Shown piece after piece: positions 1 to 13,029 of a DNA stretch of 64,000 bases. The first letter of the stretch is position 1, and each line of letters opens with the position of its first letter. The stretch lies in the NCBI RefSeq assembly GCF_009914755.1, contig NC_060928.1; one strand, written 5' to 3'. The notes under the pieces were generated by a model. The model searched no databases, was not told where the DNA came from, and was given only the letters and a program-made list of their open reading frames with translations. Source of the stretch: the human T2T-CHM13v2.0 reference genome, Homo sapiens. Position numbers and translations under genes: made by a program.

Positions 1-740
1 TGGACTCGCTCTTGCTGGTAGGAAACTGCATTTTCCCAAAAGGCCCTGACTCTCCAGGGTGAGGTCCTTGGTCTGAAACCCTGAGCAGAAATCCTTGTTC
101 CAGTAGCTGCAGTAGCCCAGGAAGCAGCAGCAGGCCCTGACTTTCTCGTGTTGGGCAGCCTGCTCCGTGGAGTTGGTCTCAGTGGTCTTCCTTCTGCTCT
201 TGCAGCCAAGTTCTTGGGTTCAGGGGTTGGCTTTTAATGGCCTTCCGCCCTGGAAAACGCACCACCCCGGAGAAGCTCTGAACAGAGGCACTTCACAGGC
301 CTGTCTACCCCCAAAAGATGTTTTTTTAACACAGATGGCTTCCAGGGGAAAAGGGCACACAGGCTTTCACCTTGAATCGGGTGCGATTGTGAAGACTGAT
401 CCCCAGAGACTTGGCCCTCCCCACCTCCCACCCCCTTCTATCTTCCCTCCACCACCTCATCCCTGGAGGCTCTCTGAGGACCAGTCCAGGCCACACCCTA
501 GCTCTATGGTAGGAAACCCATCAGAGGGTTGCAAAGTGCCTCGCTGTCACCCCAAATTCAGTGCTAAGTGCAGTGCTGGATGCAGTCGCAGACCCTGACA
601 TGCTAAGGAGATTGAAGGAAGATTGTGACCCATCACTAGTCCATACCACCAGCAGTGCATGTTGATAATTTCAGAAATCAAATGATCTGGGGAAGCACCA
701 TTATAGTATATTGTATTTGTGTGTGTTAAAAAGACCAATT

Positions 741-920
741 AAGCTGGACGTGGTGTTGCATGCCTGTGGTCCCAGGTACTCAGGAGGCTGAGTGGGAGGA
801 TGGCTTGAGCCCAGTAGGTGGAGGCTGCAGTGAGCTATGATCACACAACTGCATTCCAGCCTGGGCAACAGGGCAAGACCCTGTCCCTTAAAAAGTGTTA
901 AAAATTAAAAAATAAAAAAA
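741..920 (+). mobile_element. Alu right monomer (FRAM/AluJ-type) with A-tail
   Basis: Right-arm sequence (GCCTGTGGTCCCAGGTACTCAGGAGGCTGAG...GAGGCTGCAGTGAGCTATGATC); TSD AAAAAGACCAAT at 728-739 and 918-929. Confidence 0.9.
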
Positions 921-1097
921 AAGACCAATAAGCTAAACATGTTTTAAATATCACAATTGCCATTTCTTCATTAAAAAAAAAACCGAGAACCTCAAGTAGT
1001 GAAACTTGTCTGACATTGTCTTGTCATCTAGGACACTTGCTTCTCCCTCACCCACCCATCCCTAGAAACTTGTCCATTGATCTCCTGAGTTAAACAG

Positions 1098-1133
1098 GAA
1101 AAAGAAAAAAGAAAAAGAAAAAGAAAAAGAAAG
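1098..1133 (+). repeat. (GAAAAA)n A-rich microsatellite
   Basis: Directly visible. Confidence 0.9.
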
Positions 1134-1908
1134 CAATAATTTGACCAGCAGGGGGCAGCAAGAGACAAAAATAAAACAATCGATTTAGCTTCCCCAGCCC
1201 CCAACTTTGCCTGAAATTCTAGATTAGAATGGTTTAAATTGGGAAAAGGATGGTGGAGGAGTGGGGATGGAATCCAAACCACAGAATCCAAATTCATAAA
1301 GTTAAGTGGATGCAGAACTTGCTAGAACAAGATTTACAGAGGACGATAGCCAGACAGTCATTTTTTTTTTTCTTGAATTCTATGGAAGAAGGCCGCCCAG
1401 CAGATATTTAAAGAGAATCTGGCTGTCTTTGACGATGTCCACGAACTCAGTAACATACATGTTATTTGGGAAATATCCTATAGATAAAGATGAAAGAAAG
1501 TGGTTCCCTTTGAAAATTCACCCCACCGTGAATTGAAAATGTGGGTCTCACTACGGGGCAGGAGTACCTGGGCAGCTGGGGTGTCTGGCATCCAGCCCTG
1601 GGCATCTCAGGACCCACCTGACCAGGTGAGGAGAAGTGGAAGACTCTGGGAAGAAAGATGGGTGGGCCTTGTGGTCCTGGATGGAATCTCTTACTTCCTG
1701 ATGAATCCTTAATGTGTATTAAAATGTCAACCCTGATACAAAGAAACGTGGACCCTAAGGAAGAGAGTAAGAGGACACAGAGAAGGAAATTGTGGTCGTG
1801 GGAGGCTTCCTCATGGGAAATGTTTATTTGGGGTCCTTGGCTGAAATGGTGGAATTAAAAGTCCTGTAGCCTTCAGGACACGTGAGCTTGTGCCTATTAC
1901 AGGGACTC

Positions 1909-2063
1909 TGTATTAGTTTCCTAGGGCTGCCATAACAAAAGTACTACCAACAGGGTGGCATGTGACAACAAAAAATTATTCTCTCACGTTCTGGAGGAGA
2001 GAAGTCCAAAACCAGTGTGTTGGCAGACCACGTTCCTCCAAAGCCCCTAAAGAAAAATTATTC
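1909..2063 (-). mobile_element. MLT1 (B/C-like) MaLR LTR, first part
   Basis: TGTATTAGTTTCCTAGGGCTGCCATAACAAA...TTCTGGAGG..GAAGTCCAAAA; resumes at 8970. Confidence 0.8.
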
Positions 2064-2105
2064 TGTATTAGTCTGTTTTCAAACTGATATAAAGTACTAC
2101 CTGAG
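2064..2105 (-). mobile_element. MSTA-like MaLR LTR, first part
   Basis: TGTATTAGTCTGTTTTC..ACTGATATAAAG.ACTACCTGAG; resumes at 8621. Confidence 0.8.
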
Positions 2106-3467
2106 GGCGCGGGGCCAGGATGGGTGGGTGACTAGAAACAGCCCTGATCGGAGGTTCCATCAAAAAGAAATATAATAAGTGTGTGAGTGCTTCACTGGCA
2201 ACCAGGGTATCCAGGTTCTCTCATCAGAACTGACTAGGCGGCTGGAGTGATCCACGGAGAGGAAGGAAGAGCAGTGTTGTGTGGTGGCCCACTTAAGAGC
2301 CTCCCAGGGCCGGGGAGTGCCCACCCCCGCCAGCCAAGGGAGGCAGTGAGTGAGCTGCTACCCGGCTGGGGAAACAGTGATTTTTCCATGGAACTGCCCA
2401 ACTCATGGATCGGAAGATCCCACTTGGGAACCCACACCACTAGGGCCTAGCATCCCCACCTCAGACCCTCGCAGATTCTCATCAGCCTCTCAGCTGGAAT
2501 CTGCTTAAGCCTACGGAGTTTGGAGCTCGGCGGTCGGGGGGTGGTGGTGCGGAGGAGTGACCAGCACCACAGCTGTGGCTACCTGCTGTCTAAGCCCTTT
2601 GAGCTCCTCGGGGGAGGGGCAGCAGCCAGCACTGGGACTCACAACAGCCTAACACGCTAACCTTCCTGCGCTGGGGAAGGACAGCCTCCATCTCTATAGC
2701 TCCAGGCTGTGCTTTTCTCCTGCTGGAGCCAGGGAGGCTGGACAGCTTGGTCCCAAGATGTATCCCCCACAGCCCAACACATCAGCTGTGGCAGACTGTG
2801 GCCAGAGGTTTCTTCAGGCCTGACCCTGACTCATCCTTCCTCACTGGGTGGGGGTTCCCTGCAGGAACTCCAATAACTCCAGCCAAAGACTCAGGGACAG
2901 AACCTAGATCTCCCTGGGCCTGAGCCCCTAGCGGAAGGGGTGGCTGCAGTCTCTGTGGACCAGCAGACTTAGCCTTTCCTCCTGGTAGTTCTGAAGGATC
3001 CAGGCAGCCCAGATGAATGGGTTTCCCCCCAGCGAAGCACACCCCTTCCACCAAGGGATAGTCAAAGTGCTTCATTAAATGGGTCTTGTTCCCCATGCAA
3101 CCCAACTGGTGACATTCTAAAAAAGGGATGTCAGACACCCTATACAGGAGCGATCCTATTGGCATCAGGTCAGTGCCCTTCAAGGTCAGAGATGCCAGCA
3201 GAAGGAGCAGACATGCATCTTTGCTGTTCTCCAGCCTCTTGAGTGACATCTCTAGGTGTGGAAGTGAACCAGACCAATAGGGCCTGAAGTGAACCCCCAG
3301 CAAACAACAGCAGCCGTACAGAAGAGGGACCTGACCATTGAAAGAAAAAGAAACAAACAGAAAGCAACAACAGCAGCATCAACAACAATAACAAAAAAAA
3401 AAAACCCATAAAAACCCCATCCAAGGATCAGCAGCCTCAAAGATCAAAACTAGACAAACTCATGAAG

Positions 3468-4488
3468 ATGCAAAAGAATCAACAAAAAAAACGCTGAAAA
3501 CCCAAAAGGCAAGAGTGCCTCTTCTCCTCCAAATGATTGCAATGTCTCTCCAGCAAGGGCACAGAACTGGACAGAGGATGAGATGGACAAATTGACAGAA
3601 GTAGGCTTCAGAAGATGGGTAATAAAAAACTACGCTGAGATAAAGGAGCACGTTCTAACCCAATGCAAAGCAGCTAAGAACCTTGATAAAAAGAGGAATT
3701 GCTAACCAGAATAATCAGTTAAGAGAGGAACATAAACGACCTGATGGAGCTGAAAAACATGGCACAAGAACTTCGTGAAGCATACGCAAGTATCAACCGA
3801 GCAGAAGAAAGGATATCAGAGTTTGAACACCATCTTGCTGAAATAAGGCATGCAGACAAGACCAGAGAAAAGAGAATGAAAAGGAATGAAAAAAGCCTCC
3901 AAGAAATATGGGACTTTATAAAAAAAAACAAATCTACAATTGACTGGAGTACCTGAAAGAGATGGGGAGAACAGAAACAAGCTGGAAAACACACTTCTGG
4001 ATATTATCCAAGAGAACTTCCTAAACCTAGCAAGAGAGGCCAAAATTCAAATTCGGGAAATACAGAGAACACGACTAAGATACTTCATGAGAAGGTCAAC
4101 TTCAAGACACATAATCATCAGATTCTCCAAGGTTGAAATGAAGGAAAAAATATTAAGGGCAGCCAGAGAGAAAGGCCAGGTCACTATGCTTTACCTACAA
4201 AGGGAAGCCCATCAGACTAACAGAAGACCTTTCAGCAGAAACTTTACAGCCAGAGGACAATGGGGGCCAATATTCAGCATTCTTAGATAAAAGAATTTTC
4301 AACTCAGAATTTCATATCTAGACAAACTAAGCTTCATAAGTGAAGGATAAATAAAATCCTCTCCAGACAAGCAAATACTGTGGAATTTTGTTACCACCAG
4401 GCCTGCCTTGTAAGAGCTCCTCAAAGAAGCACTTAATCTGGAAAGGAAAAACTGGTACCAACCACTGCAAAAACACACAAAAATATGA
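3468..4488 (+). pseudogene. L1 ORF1p remnant (frameshifted)
   Basis: Fragments MELKNMAQELREAY..., GVPERDGEN...QENFLNLAREA..RHIIIRFSKVEMKEKILRAAREKGQVT match ORF1p coiled-coil/RRM/CTD. Confidence 0.9.
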
Positions 4489-4548
4489 AGACCAATGACA
4501 CTATGAAGAAACTGCATCAACTAGTGTGCAAAATAACCAGATAGCATC

Positions 4549-7500
4549 ATGATAACAGAATCAAATTCACACATAAAAATACTGACCTTAAATGTAAATG
4601 GGCTAAATGCCCCAATAAAAAGACACAGAGTGGCAAATTGGATAAAGATTCAGGACCCATTGGTGTGCTGTATTCAGGAGACCCAACTCATGTGCAAAGA
4701 CACACATAGGCTCAAAATAAAGGGATGGAGGAAAATTTACCAAGCAAATGGAAAGCAAAAAAAAAAAAAAAAAACAGGGGTTGCAATCCTAGTCTCTGAC
4801 AAAACAGACTTTAAAATGACAAAGATCAAAAAAGACAAAGAAGGGCATTACATAATGGTAAAGGGAACAATTCAACAAGAAGAACTAACTATTCTAAATA
4901 TATATGCACCCAATACAGGACCACCTAGATTCATAAAACAAGTTCTTAGACTCCCACACAATAATATTGGGAGACTTTAACACCCCACTGTCAATATTAG
5001 ACATATCAACAAGACAGAATATTAAGAGGGATATTCAGGACTTGAACTCAGCTCTGGCTCAAGTAGACCTAATAGACATCTACAGAACACTACACCCCAA
5101 ATCAAAAGAATATACATTCTTCTAAGTGCCACATGGCACTTATTATAAAACCGACCACATAGTTGTAAGTAAAACACTCCTCAGCAAATGCAAAAGAACT
5201 GAAATCATAACAGTCTCTCAGACTACAGTGCAATCAAATTAGAACTCAGGATTAAGAAACTCACTCAACCACACAATTACATGGAAATTGAACAACCTAT
5301 TCCTCAATGACTCCTGGGTAAATGATGAAAATAAGACAGAAATCAATAAGTTCTTTGAAACCAGTGACAATGAAGAGACAACATACCAGAATCTCTGGGA
5401 CACAGCTAAAGCAGTGTTAAGAGGGAAATTTATATCACTAAATACCTACATCAGAAAGCTAGAAAGATCTCAAATCAACACCCTAATATTACAAGTAAAA
5501 GAGCTAGAGGAGCAAGAGCAAACTAATCCAAAAGCCAGCAGAAGACAGAAAATAACTAAGATCAGAGAAGAACTGAAGGAGATAGAGACATAAACCCCGC
5601 TCCAAAAAAATCAATGAATTCAGGAGTTGTTTTTTTTAAAATTAACAAAATAGATAGAATGCTAGATAGATGAATAAAGAAGAAAAGAGAGAATAATCAA
5701 ATAGACACAATAAAAATGATAAAGGGGATATCACCACCAACACCGCAGAAATACAAACTACCATCAGAGAAGACTACAAACACCTCCACGCAAATAAACT
5801 AGGAAATCTAGAAGAAACTGATAAATTCCTGGACACATACACCCTCCCAAGACTAAACCAGGAAGAAGTCAAATCCCTGACTAGACCAATAACAAGTTCT
5901 GAAATTGAGGCAGTAATTAATACTCTACCAACCAAAAAAAAAAAAAGCCCAGGATTAAATGGATTCACAGCTGAATTCTACCAGAAGTAAAAAGAGGAGC
6001 TGGTACCATTCCTTCTGAAAGTATTCCAAACAATTGAAAAGGAGAGACTCCTCCCTAACAAATTCTATGAAGCCAGTATCATCCTGATACCAAAGCCTGG
6101 AAGTGACACAACTAAAAAAGAAAACTTCGGACCAATATCCCTGATGAACATTGATGCAAAAATCTTCAATAAAACACTGGCAAACTGAATCCAGCAGCAC
6201 CTCAAAAAACTTATCCACCATGAACAAGTGGGCTTCTTTCCTTGATGCAAAGCTGGTTCAATGTACACAAATCAATAAACATAATCCATCACATAAACAG
6301 AACCAAAGACAAAAACCACATGATTATCTCAATAGATGCATAAAAGGTCTTTGATAAAATTCAACATTGTTTCATGTTAAAAACGCTCAGTAAACTAGAT
6401 ATTGATGGAACTTATCTCAAAATAATAAGAGCCATTTATGACAAACCCATAGCCAATATATTGAATGGGCAAAAGCTGGAAGCATTCCCTTTGAAAACTG
6501 GTGCAAGACAAGGAAGCCCACTCTCACCTCTCCTATTCAACATAGTATTGGAAGATCTGGCCAGGGAAATCAGGCAAGAGAAAGAAATAAAGGATATTCA
6601 AATAGGAAGAGAGGAAATCAAATTGTCTCTGTTTGCAGATGACATGATTGTATATTTAAAAAAAAAAAACATAATCTCAGCTCAAAAACTCCTTAAACTG
6701 ATAAGCAACTTCAGCAAAGTTTCAGGATACAAAATCAGTGTGCAAAAATCACAAGCATTACTTTACACCAACAATAGACAAGCAGAGAGCCAAATCATGA
6801 ATGAATTCCCATTCACAATGACTACAAAGAGAATAAAATACTAGGAATACAGCTAACAAGAGATGTGAAGGACCTCTTCAAGGAGAACTACAAACCACTG
6901 CTCCAAGAAATAAGAAGGACACAAACTAATGGAAAAAATCCCATCATCATGGATAGGAAGAATCAATATCATGAAAATGGTCATACTGTCCAAAGTAATT
7001 TATAGATTCAATGCTATTCCCATCAAACTACAACTGATATTCTTCAAATAATTAGAAAAAAACTACTTTAAATTTCATATGGAATCAAAGAAGACCCCAT
7101 ATAACCAAAGACAATCCTAAGCAAAAAAAAACAAAACTGGAGGCATCATGCTACCTGACTTGAAACTATTCTACAAGGCTACAGTAACCACGACAGCATG
7201 GTACTTGTACGAAAACAGACATATAGACCAATGGAACTGAACAGGGACCTCAGAAATAACATCACACATGTACAACCAAAAACTAGAAATGGGGAAAGGA
7301 TCTCCTATTCAATAAATTGTGCTGTGAAAACTGGCTAGCAATATGCCTAAAACTAAAACTGGACCCCTTCCTTACACCTTATACAAAAAAGAGGCACTTC
7401 TGAGCAAACAGAGCAGATATTACTTTCAAACAGAAAACAGAAACTGGAACCCTCCCTTCCACCTTATACAAAAATTAACTCAAGATGGATTAAAGACTTA

Positions 7501-8427
7501 AACGTAACACCTGAAACCATAAAAACCCTAGAAGAAAACCTAGGCAACACCATTCAAAACATAGGTATGGGCAAAGACTTCATGACAAAAACACCAAAAG
7601 CAATTGCAACAAAAGCCAAAATTGATGAATGGGATCTAATTAAACTAAAGACTTTCTGCACAGCAAAAGAAACTATCATCACAGTGAACAGGCAACCTAC
7701 AGAATGGGAGAAAATTTTTGCAATCTACACCCATCTGACAAAGGTATAGTATCCAGAATTTACAGGGAATTTAAACAAATTTACAAGAAAAAAGCAAACA
7801 ACCCCATCAAAAAGTGGGCAAAAGATATGAACAGACACTTCTCAAAAGAAGACATTTGTGTGGCCAACAAACCTATTAAAGAAGCTCAACCTCACTAATC
7901 ATTAGAGAAATGCAAATCAAAACCACAATGAGATACCATCTCATGCCAGTCAGAATGACAGTTATTAAAATTCAAGAAACAATAGATGCTGTCAAGGCTG
8001 TGGAGAAACAGGAACGCTTTTACACTGTTGGTGGGAGTGTAAATTAGTTCAACCATTGTGGAAGACAGTATGGCAATTCCTCAAGGATCTAGAACCAGAA
8101 ATATCATTTGACCCAGCAATCCCATCACAGGGTATGTACCCAGTGGATTATAAATTATTCTACTATAAAGACACATGCACACGTATTTTTATTGAAGCAT
8201 TGCTTACAATAGCAAAGTCATGGAACCAGCTCAAATGTCCATCAGTGATAGATTGGATAAAAAAAATGTGGCACATATACACCATGAAATACTACAAAGC
8301 CATATAAAGGAATGAGATCATGTCCTTTTCAGGGACATGGATGAAGCTGGAAGCCATCATCCTCAGCAAACTAACACAGGAACAGACAACCAAACACCAC
8401 ATGTTCTCACTCATAAGTTGGAGTTGA
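4549..8427 (+). pseudogene. L1 ORF2p (endonuclease/reverse transcriptase) remnant with many stops and frameshifts
   Basis: EN start SNSHIKILTLNVNGLNAPIKR; RT motifs [18 protein letters not shown] and LFADDMIVY; C-terminal WKTVWQFLKDL. Confidence 0.95.
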
Positions 8428-8620
8428 ACAATGAGAACACATGGACACAGGGAAGAGGATAAAACAGACCAGGGCCTGTTGGAGGATGGGGAGTGAGGGG
8501 AGGGAACTTAGAGGACAGGTCAGTAGGTGCAGCAAGCCACCATGGCACACATATACCTATGTAACAAACCTGCACATGTTCTGCACATGTATCCTGGAAC
8601 TTCTTAAAAAAAAAAAAAAG

Positions 8621-8969
8621 AACTATCTGAGACTGGGTAATTTGAGAAGAAAAGAGGTTTAATTGACTCATAGTTCCCCAGGCTGTAAAGGAAGCATGTC
8701 TAGGAGGTCTCAGGAAACTTACAATCACGGCGAAGGTGAAGGGGAAGAAAGCATGTCTTACCATGTGGAGCAAGAGAGAGAGAGCAAAGGGGGAAGTGCC
8801 ACACACTTTTATACCATCAGATCTCATGAGAACTCACTCACTATCACAAGAATAGCATGAGGGAAGTCCTCCCCATGACCCAATCACCTCCCACCAGGTT
8901 CCTCCCCTGACACGTGGGGGTTACAATTCAACATGAGATTTGGGTGGGACACAGAACAAAAACATATCA
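8621..8969 (-). mobile_element. MSTA-like MaLR LTR, second part
   Basis: GAGACTGGGTAATTT...CAGGAAACTTACAATCA...GAGATTTGGGTGGGACACAG...CATATCA. Confidence 0.9.
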
Positions 8970-9280
8970 CCTTCCTTTTCTCTTCCCAGCACCTGGTGGA
9001 TCCCAGCAGTCCATGGCCTTCTTGGGTAGCAGACTCATCACTCCAGTCACTGCCTCCCTCTTGGCATGGCTTTTTCCCTGTGTATGCATCTGTGTCTAAA
9101 TCTCCATCTCCTTTCTCTGATAAAGATATCAGTCCCTGGATTGAGGGCCCACCATAATCCAGTATGCCCTCATTTTAACTATTTACATCTGCAAATACCC
9201 TGTTTCCAATTCAAGAAACATTCTGAGGTTCCAGATAGATGTGAATTTGGGGGTGAGGGGTCACTATTCAACCCAGGACA
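8970..9280 (-). mobile_element. MLT1 (B/C-like) LTR, second part
   Basis: GGATTGAGGGCCCACC...ACATCTGCAAATACCCTGTTTCCAA..ACATTCTGAGGTT...CACTATTCAACCC. Confidence 0.8.
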
Positions 9281-9329
9281 GAACAGACCCTGAACAGGAA
9301 TCATGTTGTGGCAATCAAGCTAGATGATG

Positions 9330-9470
9330 CTGCACTCAAATCCTGTTACTTGGTCTCCCTAAGCCTTGGCTTTCTCGTCTGTGAAATGGTAGGCAGCATC
9401 ACCCCTAATGGGATTGGGAGATGAATCTGAGATTATATGCTTAATGCAGTTGATGTACAACAGTGGTCCA
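9330..9470 (+). mobile_element. MIR fragment
   Basis: Core-like TAAGCCTTGGCTTTCTCGTCTGTGAAATGG. Confidence 0.55.
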
Positions 9471-9655
9471 GTGGAAAAGCCAGCTGAGCTGTGGTGGAGG
9501 AGGCTCTTTGCCTGTTCACAGCCCCAAGGGACCTACCCAGCCCTCACGGGGCATTCCACACATTTCCCCAACTCAAGACCAATGACAGAAAGGGGATGCT
9601 TTTGAGCAAGACAGTGATTCCTCAGCCCTCAGATGACATCCAGTGGTGACCACCG

Positions 9656-9800
9656 TGAGGGAGGAATGTAGCATTTTTATCTTTGTAGCTATCTTATTTA
9701 GGACTAAAATGGGAGGTAGGTTTCCCTGATGCAGTTCTCAGCTTGACTTTTCCCTTTGGCTTAGTGAGTTTGGGGTCTCGAGATTTGTTTTCCTTTCACA
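9656..9800 (-). mobile_element. MER4-family (MER4D/E-like) ERV1 LTR, 5' fragment
   Basis: Reverse complement begins TGTGAAAGGAAAACAAATCTCGAGACCCCAAACTCACTAAGCCAAAGGGAAAAGTCAAGCTG. Confidence 0.8.
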
Positions 9801-9984
9801 CACCTAACCTCACTACTGGTAGGGCCAGTGCTGGCTGTAGCAAGGATTGTTTTGGAAATCTGGCATAATCAACAACCACAAATCCTGGGAAGAAGATGGG
9901 ACATTGAGAGAGCTGTGCTGCAGAATTTTTTAATTAAAAAACTTCTTTTAAAGTTTTTTTCCAACTTGATTTATATATATATAA

Positions 9985-11979
9985 TTTCAGCTTTTATTAT
10001 AGATTAAAGGGTACATGTGCAGGTTTGCTACATGGGTATATTGTGTGACACTGAGGTTTGGGTTCCAAATGATCCCATCACCAAGATAGTGGGCATAGTA
10101 CCCAATAGGTGTTTTTTCAGCTCACACTCCCCTCTCTCCCCCATCCAGTAGTCCCCAGTGTCTTCTGTTCCCATCTTTATGTCTATCTGTATTCAATGTT
10201 TAGCCCCTACTTATAAGTGACAACATTCAGTATTTGATTTTCTATTCTTGAGTTAATTTGCTTAGGATAATGGCCTCCAGCTGCATCCATGTTGCTGCAA
10301 AGGACATGATTTCATTCTTTTTTATGGCTGCATAGTATTCCGTGGTGTATATGTACCACATCTTCTTTCTCCAATCCACCGCTGATGGGCACTTAGGTTG
10401 ATTCCATGTCTTTGCTATTGTAAATAATGACATAGTGAACACATGAGTGCATGTGGTTTTTTTGGTAGAATGATTTGTTTTCTTTTGGATATACACCCAA
10501 TAATGAGATTTCTAGGTCAGATGGCAGTTCTATTTTAATTTCTTTGAAAGATCTCCAAACCGTTTTCCACATAGGCTGAGTTAGTTTGCATTCCCCTCAA
10601 CAGTGTACAACCATTCCCTTTTCTTCTCAACCTTGCCAGCATCTGTTATGTTTTACTTCTAAATAATCATCATTCTGACTGGTGTGAGATGGCTTCTCGT
10701 TGTGGTTTTGATTTGCATTTATCTGGTGAGCACTTTCTCAATTTTTGTTCATCACTTGTATGGCTTCTTTTGAGAAGTGTCTCTTCATGTCCTTTGCCCA
10801 TTTTTAAATTGGATTATTTGGTTTTTGCTTGTTGATTTAAGTTCCTTGTAGCTTCTGGATATTAGATCTTTGTCAGACACATAGTTTGCAAATATTTTCT
10901 CCCATTCTGTAGGCTGTCTGTTTACTCCATTAGTAATTTGCTGTGCAGAAGCTCTTTAGTTTAATTAGGTCCTATTTGTTAATATTTGTTTTTGTTGCAA
11001 TTGCTTTTGGGGACTTAGCCATAAATTATTTTCCAAAGTTAATATCAAGAAGTGCATTTCCTAGGTTTTTTTCTAATATTTTTATCATTTGAAGTCTTAC
11101 ATTTAAACCTTTAATCCATCTTGAGTTAATTTTTGTAAGATAAGAGATAGGGATCTAGTATCATTCTGCATATAGCTACCCGGTTATCCCAGCACCATTC
11201 ATTGAATAAGAAGTCCTTTTCCCATTGCTTATTTTTGTCAATTTTGTCAAAGAACAGATGGTTGTAGGTGTGCAGTTTTATTTCTGGGTTCTCTATTTTG
11301 TTCCATGAGTCTATGTGTTTGTTTTTGTGCCAGTACCATGCTGTTTTGGTTACTGTATCCCTGTAGTAGATTTTGAAGTCAGGTAATGTGATGTCTCCAA
11401 CTTTGTTCTTTTTGCTTAGGATTGCTTTTACTATTCAGGCTAGGGCTCTTTTTTGGTTTCAAATGAATTTTAGAACAGATTTTTTTCTAATTCTGTGAAA
11501 AATGATATTGGTATTTTCATAGGGATAGCATTGAATCTGCAATTGCTTTGGGCAATATGGCCATTTTAACAGTATTGATTCTTCCAATCCATGAGCATGG
11601 AATAGCTTTCCATTTATTTGTGTTGTCTATTTCTTTCAGCAGTGTTTTGTGGCTGTCCTTGTACAGATCTTTCATCTTCCTGTTAGATGAATTCCTAGAT
11701 ATTTCTTTTTTGTGTGGCTATTGTAAATGTTGTTGTGTTCTTGATTTGGTTTTCAGCTAGAACATTATTAGTGTATAGAAATGCGACTTATTTTTGTACA
11801 TTGATTTTGTATCCTGAAACTTTATTGAATTCGTATCAGTTCCAGGAGACTTTTGGCAGAGTCCTTAGGTTTTTCTATATATAGAATCATATCATCAGTA
11901 AAGAAAGATAGTTCATCTTCTTTTCCAATTTGGATGCCTTTTTTTGTTCTCTTGCCTAGTTGCCCTGGCTAGGACTTCC
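9985..11979 (-). mobile_element. 5'-truncated L1 (L1PA15/16-like)
   Basis: Antisense L1 3'UTR (GGGTATATTGTGTGACACTGAGGTTTGGG) plus ORF2 C-terminus; possible degenerate TSD 9916-9930 / 11980-11994. Confidence 0.9.
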
Positions 11980-12613
11980 TGATGCAGGCTTTTTATAGGA
12001 ACATTTGTTTCAGTGACTCTCACTTTGAGGCTGGCTCAGGCATGATACTTAGCATGGTTTCACAGCATACTTTCTGAATGCAGTGTCTACATTGAGGTAG
12101 ATAACTGCAAAAGTTATTTCATATTTGCCATTGGCATTCATTCATTTAGCAGCCAGAAGTCTTTATTTTATGTCTATTGGATAAATGTATTACTTCAAAA
12201 AGCACATTGGGAGGGTGCTAATAACCTTTTTTTGTTTAATCAAGGAAAGATTTTGTATATGCCTAAGAATTTTGTAAGCCTGAATCTTCTTGAGTGAGCC
12301 AGTGACAGTTCACTGGTAATATTTGCCTTCCACATCCAGGTTGGCAGAACCCAACCAGACACAAATAAACATTTTAAGGAAGTGCCCTTCTTGTCCCACT
12401 GACTCAACAAAGCTACAAAAATATCTGACTGTAGCAGCCAGATCCTTTTGAAAGTGGACCTCCACTGAAATGTACTTTCACCTGTAAGTATACAATGATA
12501 CATATTGACTTTGTCTGGGATGCCATAGTTTGATCCTTCATTATGATTAGCATCAAACTATATAACCTCATTTATGCAATTATTCATTCATTCAACAAAT
12601 ATCCATGCATCAA

Positions 12614-13005
12614 GTGGCAGGACTGCCTCTAAAATGTCCCCCAACCATCTCTGCCTCCTGGTACTTATATATTCTCCTACACTTGAGTGTAGGCTGGGCC
12701 TAGTGACTTGCTTTTGGCAACAAGAGTGCAGCTAAAGTGATGGCATGTCACTTACAAGATTGGTAGCTTATAAAAGACTAACTTCTCTACTGTTCGCATT
12801 CTCTCTCTCTCTCTCTCTCTCTGTCTGTCTTTCTCTGTATCTTCTTGCTTGCTTTCTCTGATGCAGTAAGTAGTCACGTTGTGGGCTGCCCTATGGAAAG
12901 GCTCATGAGAAAAGAGACAGAATCCTGCCGATCCAGTCAGTGAGCTTGGAAGACTCTCCTACCCCAGTCTAGCCTTGAGTTCACTGCAGCCCAAGCTGGT
13001 ATCTT
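12614..13005 (+). mobile_element. MLT1F-like LTR, first part
   Basis: TTGAGTGTAGGCTGGGCCTAGTGACTTGCTT...GTGAGCTTGGAAG; resumes at 16262. Confidence 0.75.
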
Positions 13006-13029
13006 TTTTAAAAAAAAAACGGTTTTCCT

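Larger units (their letters stand above)
2106..8620 (+). mobile_element. Full-length LINE-1, L1PA8/L1PA8A-like, inactive
   Basis: 5'UTR, ORF1, ORF2, 3'UTR (GGAGGGAACTTAGAGGACAGGTCAGTAGGTGCAGC) and poly(A); TSD AAAGTACTACCTGAG 2091-2105 / AAAGAACTATCTGAG 8617-8631. Confidence 0.95.

Noticed and set aside
1-598. 143-aa plus-strand ORF, and an open minus-strand frame running off the window start
   Set aside because: GTG start, no recognisable domain and no supported splice structure; an exon of a flanking gene or lncRNA cannot be excluded, but nothing supports it
2782-3303. 173-aa antisense ORF in the L1 5'UTR as an ORF0-like gene
   Set aside because: Starts at TTG and I see no resemblance to the 71-aa ORF0; GC-rich UTRs give such ORFs by chance
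4549-8427. Reverse transcriptase/endonuclease as an active or novel retroelement system
   Set aside because: Ordinary LINE-1 ORF2 broken into many fragments by stops and frameshifts
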